Part shown: positions 57,448 through 62,159 of the stretch, piece after piece
How the letters are laid out: each line of letters begins with the position of its first letter
Numbering within the stretch: position 1 is the first letter of the stretch
Assembly: GCA_938009905.1 (NCBI GenBank)
Contig: CALLGK010000021.1
Location: forward strand, 1-62,159
Reading direction: 5' to 3'
Length of the DNA: 62,159 nucleotides
Source: an uncultured Acidimicrobiales bacterium
GTDB lineage: Bacteria > Actinomycetota > Acidimicrobiia > Acidimicrobiales > SZUA-35
The notes under the pieces: model-generated
What the model was told of the DNA's origin: nothing
The model's input: only the letters and a program-made list of their open reading frames with translations
Databases searched by the model: none
Program-made: the position numbers and the translations under genes

Positions 57448-58005
57448 ATGTCAGACACGCCATCACAGGCCCCAGGCTGGTACTACGCACAGGGCGATCC
57501 GCCCGGCACCCAGCGCTACTGGGACGGCTCGAGCTGGCAGGGTGGACCTCAGCCAGTTGCGGGTGCTGGTGGAGCCGCAGGTGGGGCTGGAGCCATGAAG
57601 GCCGAGAACGGTGACCGTTTCGTTGCGTTCCTCATCGACGTTGGCATCATCATCGCCGCGTACATCGTGATGCTGATTCTGATCGCCATCGCGTCAGCCA
57701 TTAGCGACACGCTCGGAGGCATCTTGAGCCTCATCGCTGGCCTCGCGTATCTCGGCTACTACATCTACAACTACATCTATCTGCAGGGCACGACGGGTCA
57801 GACCATCGGCAAGAAGATGCGCAACATCAAGCTCGTCGACAAGACCACGGGTCAGCCCCTCGGCATGCTCATGGTGTTTGTGCGCGGTCTCGTCAGCGCC
57901 ATCTTCGCCATTCCGTGTTACCTGGACCACTGGTGGATCCTGGTTGATGAGAACAATCAGCGTCTTTCCGACAACGTTCTCGGAAACCACGTCATTCCAG
58001 CCTGA
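57448..58005 (+). CDS. DUF2510 + RDD-family membrane protein (2 of 3)
   Basis: PGWYYAQGDPPGTQRYWDG, RFVAFLID, GQTIGKK, QRLSD; AGGAGG RBS. Confidence 0.85.
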   Translation: MSDTPSQAPGWYYAQGDPPGTQRYWDGSSWQGGPQPVAGAGGAAGGAGAMKAENGDRFVAFLIDVGIIIAAYIVMLILIAIASAISDTLGGILSLIAGLAYLGYYIYNYIYLQGTTGQTIGKKMRNIKLVDKTTGQPLGMLMVFVRGLVSAIFAIPCYLDHWWILVDENNQRLSDNVLGNHVIPA

Positions 58006-58023
58006 TCTACTGAGCTAGCGACT

Positions 58024-58052
58024 CGCCGGCGGGGCACGAGCCCCGCCGGTCG
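58024..58052 (+). terminator. GC-rich hairpin between RDD genes 2 and 3
   Basis: ccggcgggg-cacgag-ccccgccgg. Confidence 0.5.
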
Positions 58053-58087
58053 TGTCGAGATCGTTGTATTCCCACGAGGTATCTGTC

Positions 58088-58660
58088 ATGACAGACATTC
58101 CGTCATCCCAGCCCCCTGGCTGGTACTACGCCCAGGGCGACCCCGTCGGAACACAGCGCTACTGGGATGGGTCGACCTGGCAAGGTGGTCCGCAACCTGT
58201 TGGCGGTGGCTACGGAGCCACGAGCCAGCTCGCAGACGCGGGCAGTCGCATCGGCGCCTGGTTTGTTGACCTGCTTGTCTTGATCATTCCCATCTTCATC
58301 ATTTCGTTTGCGGTGGCTGGCGGTGAGCAGCAGAGCGTGTTCGGTGCTTCGGCGCGACAAATCGTGGCTGGGCTCCTCACCACCGCTGTGTGGTTCGGCT
58401 ACCACGTTTTGATGAACAGCAACGGCGGGCAAACGCTTGGTCGCAGGGCGGTAAGCATCAAGATCGTCAACATGGACGGATCTGAGGCGGGAACCGATTC
58501 GCTCGTAAAGCGATTCGGTGTCGGACTTCTCAACATCATTCCGTTCGTCAACCTGGTGCTCTGGATCGTTGGGTTGGCCTCACTCGTCTTGATCTTCATC
58601 GACGACGACAATCAGGCGCTCTGGGACAAAGTGGCGAACACCAAGACCATCAAGGCGTGA
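58088..58660 (+). CDS. DUF2510 + RDD-family membrane protein (3 of 3)
   Basis: PGWYYAQGDPVGTQRYWDG, RIGAWFVD, GQTLGRR, QALWDK. Confidence 0.85.
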   Translation: MTDIPSSQPPGWYYAQGDPVGTQRYWDGSTWQGGPQPVGGGYGATSQLADAGSRIGAWFVDLLVLIIPIFIISFAVAGGEQQSVFGASARQIVAGLLTTAVWFGYHVLMNSNGGQTLGRRAVSIKIVNMDGSEAGTDSLVKRFGVGLLNIIPFVNLVLWIVGLASLVLIFIDDDNQALWDKVANTKTIKA

Positions 58661-58682
58661 CGGCGGAGACAGCGAGCAGTCG

Positions 58683-58865
58683 ATGACACGACAAGACGGC
58701 AAAAAGGCTGGCAGAGTCACAGCGCCCCAAGATGAAGAGGCGCTGGAGCGCGAACTGCCGTCGTTTCGACGACGCAAGCCCATCACGTTTTGGGTCGTGA
58801 TCATCGCCGTGCTGGCCATGGTGCTCAGCGTTGTTGCCGTGCCACTCGCCATCTTGTTGTCGTAA
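58683..58865 (+). CDS. Small single-pass membrane protein
   Basis: 60 aa, basic patch followed by a C-terminal hydrophobic helix; GGAG upstream. Confidence 0.5.
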   Translation: MTRQDGKKAGRVTAPQDEEALERELPSFRRRKPITFWVVIIAVLAMVLSVVAVPLAILLS

Positions 58866-58992
58866 AAGTCTCAGGCACTGGTTGGGAATCCGGTACCGCG
58901 TGCGCCATCCTGGGTAGTCCGGCCTTGTGGGCCGGTTTCAGTTCCCCGGTACAGGCCACTTTTCGGCGCTGTGTCGGCCCAGAAGGAGTTCG

Positions 58993-59472
58993 ATGTCGTT
59001 CAAAGCCGGTGATCGCGTGGTCTACCCCCACCATGGGGCAGCCATCATCGAGAAGACTGAGATGGTCGAACTCAATGGTGAGAAGAAGAAGTACTTCGTC
59101 CTGAAGACTGCTCACGATGAGCTCACGGTGCGAGTACCCGTCGACAAGGTCGACGAAGTGGGCATGCGTCCGCCGATCTCGCTTGAAGACGTCGAAGACC
59201 TCTTCGTGCTGCTCGCCAAGAAAGACGTGCGTGAGCCGGCCAACTGGAGCCGTCGCTTCAAGAACCACCAAGAGAAGCTCAAGTCCGGCGACGTCTATCA
59301 GGTTGCCGAAGTGGTGCGAAACCTTGCCTTGCGTGAGGCCGCCAAGGGCCTGTCTGCTGGCGAGAAGAACATGTACTCCAAGGCTCGCAAGGTGCTCGTG
59401 TCTGAGCTTTCCTTTGCCCTCGACGTGTCCGAGGACGACGCCATGGACAAGGTCGAAGAGCAGCTCGTCTAG
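58993..59472 (+). CDS. carD: RNA polymerase-binding transcription factor CarD
   Basis: FKAGDRVVYPHHGAA, NWSRRFK, LSAGEK; AAGGAG RBS. Confidence 0.95.
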   Translation: MSFKAGDRVVYPHHGAAIIEKTEMVELNGEKKKYFVLKTAHDELTVRVPVDKVDEVGMRPPISLEDVEDLFVLLAKKDVREPANWSRRFKNHQEKLKSGDVYQVAEVVRNLALREAAKGLSAGEKNMYSKARKVLVSELSFALDVSEDDAMDKVEEQLV

Positions 59473-59483
59473 GCGCTGGCCGC

Positions 59484-60311
59484 TTAGGCCAGACCAAGCA
59501 GCTCAAACATGGCATGCGGCGGGTCGTTGTCGCCGCGTGCGAGGCGTGCCGCTCGCTCAACGTTGACGGCGTCGAAGTGTCGATCCGTCCACGTGTCCCA
59601 CGGGCCGGGCGGCAGCGCGCCCACATCGCCATCAACCTCGACGCACGCTCGTAGGTAGTCGCGCAACGAGGCAAGGTCGCCGGCGCCACCGGGTGGCCCG
59701 TGGCCGGGCACAAACGTGTTGCCGAGCTCGGCGATCTGATCGAGGCTGTCGGCCCATGCGGCGGGGTCGCCGTCGAACGCAAGTGGAGTCGTGCCGAAGG
59801 CACCGAGCGCACCGGTGTAGACAACGCCAGCCTGAGGCACCTGCACGACGAGGTTCATGGGTGACTCACCCGGCAGCGGAACGGCGACGGCGGCCGGTGT
59901 GATCCAGACGTTTTCCGCGATTGTGTGCGTAATCGGACGAGTCTCGAACTCCTCGTGATACGCCTCAGCAAACTCGGGAAGCAGACGGCCGATGGCATCG
60001 AGGTTGAGTGGTGCGTCCAGCTGTCCACTCGTGGCTTCCGAGCCGTAGAACGCGGCTTTCCAGAAGGCCCAGCTTCCACCCGCGAACGGGATGCGGCTTG
60101 ACGTCAGAACCACTCGCTTGATCGGCAACTCGAGCTCGGCCGTCAGCTCGAGGATTTCTCGTCGAGCTCGGTGGGCCACCTCTGGCGTTGGTCCAGCATC
60201 GATCATGGTCAGCCCATCACCGTCGATGACGAGTCCAAGGTTGGAGTGACCAAACCCCTGCTCGGCGCTCGCAAACGCAAACACGCCCTGTCCAAGCTCG
60301 ACCTGATGCAT
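59484..60311 (-). CDS. Metallo-beta-lactamase-fold (cyclase-like) protein with degenerate metal site
   Basis: SNLGLVI, MIDAG, VVLTSSRIPFAGG in place of THxHxDHxxG, FVPGHG retained. Confidence 0.7.
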   Translation of the reverse strand: MHQVELGQGVFAFASAEQGFGHSNLGLVIDGDGLTMIDAGPTPEVAHRARREILELTAELELPIKRVVLTSSRIPFAGGSWAFWKAAFYGSEATSGQLDAPLNLDAIGRLLPEFAEAYHEEFETRPITHTIAENVWITPAAVAVPLPGESPMNLVVQVPQAGVVYTGALGAFGTTPLAFDGDPAAWADSLDQIAELGNTFVPGHGPPGGAGDLASLRDYLRACVEVDGDVGALPPGPWDTWTDRHFDAVNVERAARLARGDNDPPHAMFELLGLA

Positions 60312-60341
60312 CCCCCAAACCTACCGCCCAACCCTTCCCCC

Positions 60342-60389
60342 GATTGGTGTGTTGAGGTGACCAGTTACGGCCGTCTCAGCACACCAATC
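60342..60389. repeat. 48-bp palindromic repeat, copy 1 (upstream of the DUF559 gene)
   Basis: GATTGGTGTGTTGAG-gtgaccagttacggccgt-CTCAGCACACCAATC. Confidence 0.92.
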
Positions 60390-60406
60390 CAGTGAGGGCG
60401 TGGGAA

Positions 60407-60428
60407 TGTCACTAGGCGTGGACATGAT
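60407..60428 (+). promoter_or_regulatory. PafBC/RecA-NDp-like promoter of the DUF559 gene
   Basis: TGTCAC-N10-CATGAT, then ATG 6 nt later. Confidence 0.45.
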
Positions 60429-60434
60429 GTGGGT

Positions 60435-61358
60435 ATGCGAGTAGACGACGCCATGAGCGCCGTACTCGAGCTCGCGGCCTCTCAGTACGGGACGTTCAAC
60501 AGACGACAGGCCGCCGATCGCACATTCTCTGCCCGCCGACTCCGTCGGGCCGAACTCAACGGGCATCTTCTTCGTCCGTTGCCGGATGTGTTTGTGTTAC
60601 CCGGTTCGCCAGACTCCTGGCGACAGCGGTTGATGATCCAGACCTTGCAGGGAGGCGCTGTTGCGAGCCATCGAGCTGCAGCCGCGCTCCACGGGTTCGA
60701 CGGGTTCCGTCCGGGGACAGTCGAGGTATGCGTGCCCCGAAACCTGGAGTCAAACGACCGCAACGCCATCGTGCATGGGTGGCGTCGCTCCGACGAGGCC
60801 GACGTGGTCGTGATCGACGGGATTAGGGCGACCTCCGTCGAGAGGACGCTCGCTCAGCTCGGTGCGGTTGTGGAACGCCGCAAGGTTGAACAAGCCCTCG
60901 ACGGCGCCCTGCGCGACGGGTTGTCTCCCGTCGCGCTCGAGCAAACACTCGAACGGCTTTGGCGACCAGGTCGCACCGGCGTGGGCACCCTGCGTAGGCT
61001 GATCGATGACCCGCGGCGAACGGGGATGCTTCCCGACTCGTGGTTTGAGCGGCTCGTGCAGCATGTGGCGAACGCTGCTGGTCTGCCGCCTGTGGTGTTG
61101 CAACACGAAGTGCGTGTGGCGTCGGGGCGCCGTCGTCTCGACTTGGCGTATCCCGATGTCAAGCTCGGCATCGAAGCGCACTCTCGCCGGTTTCACTTTG
61201 GCCCCACGCGCACAGAGGCCGACAACATTCGCGACCTCGAGCTAGCGGCAATCGGCTGGGAGGTGGTGTACGTAACCTGGGGTATGGCGCACGAGCCAGT
61301 CGAACTCGTCCGTCATCTTCAGGCGATCTACCGCGCCAGATCCCGATTGGTGTCCTGA
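60435..61358 (+). CDS. AbiEi-like N-terminal domain + DUF559/Vsr-like endonuclease domain protein
   Basis: AASQYGTFNRRQA, ASHRAAAALHG, DGIRATSVERTL, SWFER, GLPPVVLQHEV, RLDLAYP..KLGIEAH...H, D..RD..L...GWEV..VTW. Confidence 0.85.
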   Translation: MRVDDAMSAVLELAASQYGTFNRRQAADRTFSARRLRRAELNGHLLRPLPDVFVLPGSPDSWRQRLMIQTLQGGAVASHRAAAALHGFDGFRPGTVEVCVPRNLESNDRNAIVHGWRRSDEADVVVIDGIRATSVERTLAQLGAVVERRKVEQALDGALRDGLSPVALEQTLERLWRPGRTGVGTLRRLIDDPRRTGMLPDSWFERLVQHVANAAGLPPVVLQHEVRVASGRRRLDLAYPDVKLGIEAHSRRFHFGPTRTEADNIRDLELAAIGWEVVYVTWGMAHEPVELVRHLQAIYRARSRLVS

Positions 61359-61392
61359 GGTGACCACTTACGACCGTCTCAGCACACCATTG
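61345..61392. repeat. 48-bp palindromic repeat, copy 2 (contains the gene's stop codon)
   Basis: GATTGGTGTCCTGAG-gtgaccacttacgaccgt-CTCAGCACACCATTG. Confidence 0.9.
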
Positions 61393-61406
61393 CGGTGGGG
61401 TGGGGT

Positions 61407-61454
61407 GATTGGTGTGTTGAGGTGACCAGTTGCGACCGTCTCAGCACACCAATC
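61407..61454. repeat. 48-bp palindromic repeat, copy 3
   Basis: GATTGGTGTGTTGAG-gtgaccagttgcgaccgt-CTCAGCACACCAATC. Confidence 0.92.
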
Positions 61455-61474
61455 CGGTTGAGGAGGGGAGTGAG

Positions 61475-62159
61475 TTAGGGGCGGGTGATGCCCATGGGGG
61501 TGGCGGGGGGCGTGAAGGTCGGGAAGATGTTGCCGATGCCGACACGGTTCGACAGGATCTCGGTGATTGGCTGACGGAAGTCGGTCAGCACCGTGAGGTC
61601 ACCTTCGTCGGGATCATCTTCGATGACGTCTGGGAAGTCGTTGCCGAAGACGCCGCCTTGGATGCCGCCACCCATGGCCATGATCGAGGTTGCTCGACCG
61701 TGGTCGGTACCGCCTGATCCGTTCTCGTTGATGGTGCGACCGAATTCGGTGACCACGAGAATCGTCGTCTCGTTGATCGTGCCGTCTGACGCAAGGTCGT
61801 CGGTGAAGGAGCGAAGTGCGCCAGCAAGCTCTGAGGCCCGTCGCATGAACCGACCTTCAGGGTCACCCGGTGCACCGAGGTCGTCGTGATGGTCCCAGCC
61901 GCCATATTCAATGGCTGCGGCATACAGGCCGAGGCCCGAGCGCAACATGATGGCAACCTGCGCCAGGTCACGAGACAGCTTGTTGTTCGCATACGAGCCA
62001 GGAGCGTCGCCCGGCATGGCTTCGAGCGTGTCGACAACCGACAGCAAGTCGGCACCTGTTGAGGTGACGGCGCCGTTCGGGCTTGAGTACATCGAGGCGA
62101 GTACGCCACGGGCTCGACCGCGGTTGCGGAACCCGTCGATGCCGAAGTTGCGAAGGTCT
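61475..62159 (-). CDS. DUF1501-family protein, 5'-truncated by window edge
   Basis: GGWDHH, VVTEFGRT, ENGSGGTDHG, GGGIQGG, TDFR. Confidence 0.85.
   Translation of the reverse strand, partial: DLRNFGIDGFRNRGRARGVLASMYSSPNGAVTSTGADLLSVVDTLEAMPGDAPGSYANNKLSRDLAQVAIMLRSGLGLYAAAIEYGGWDHHDDLGAPGDPEGRFMRRASELAGALRSFTDDLASDGTINETTILVVTEFGRTINENGSGGTDHGRATSIMAMGGGIQGGVFGNDFPDVIEDDPDEGDLTVLTDFRQPITEILSNRVGIGNIFPTFTPPATPMGITRP

Noticed and set aside
60342-61454. IS element, or complete AbiE toxin-antitoxin system
   Set aside because: No DDE/HUH transposase motifs; the repeats are direct copies of internal palindromes with no target duplication; no AbiEii nucleotidyltransferase nearby.

Overview
High-GC actinobacterial chromosome segment. 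The gene content and pervasive leaderless genes are compatible with Acidimicrobiia (inference). The backbone is the conserved actinobacterial miaB...miaA-dapF-hflX...lexA-(membrane protein)-nrdR...nrdJ region, plus a gnd-zwf-ROK-pgl operon, ino1, aqpZ, dapC, dapE, galE and carD. Accessory cell-envelope genes are interspersed: four tandem paralogous membrane-anchored propeller-like proteins, a 2179-aa LAFTG-anchored SdrD-B/DUF11 protein and three tandem DUF2510-RDD genes. I recognised no tRNA, rRNA, CRISPR array or transposase. The best candidate for an undescribed system is an AbiEi-like/DUF559 nuclease gene (60435-61358) bracketed by three direct copies of a 48-bp palindrome and preceded by a PafBC-like promoter. 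This is a REP/RAYT-like layout with a non-HUH nuclease, and an orphan array of a similarly built 50-bp palindrome sits at 3697-3926. Other highlights are a BCP peroxiredoxin with an in-frame TGA at the peroxidatic Cys plus a SECIS-like hairpin (probable selenoprotein), a structured putative ncRNA behind five SOS boxes next to lexA, three apparent pseudo-enzymes (His-less histidine kinase, APH-like protein lacking catalytic Asp, MBL fold lacking metal ligands) and clusters of C-GNA-G mini-hairpins. All family calls come from motif recognition by eye, not from database searches.
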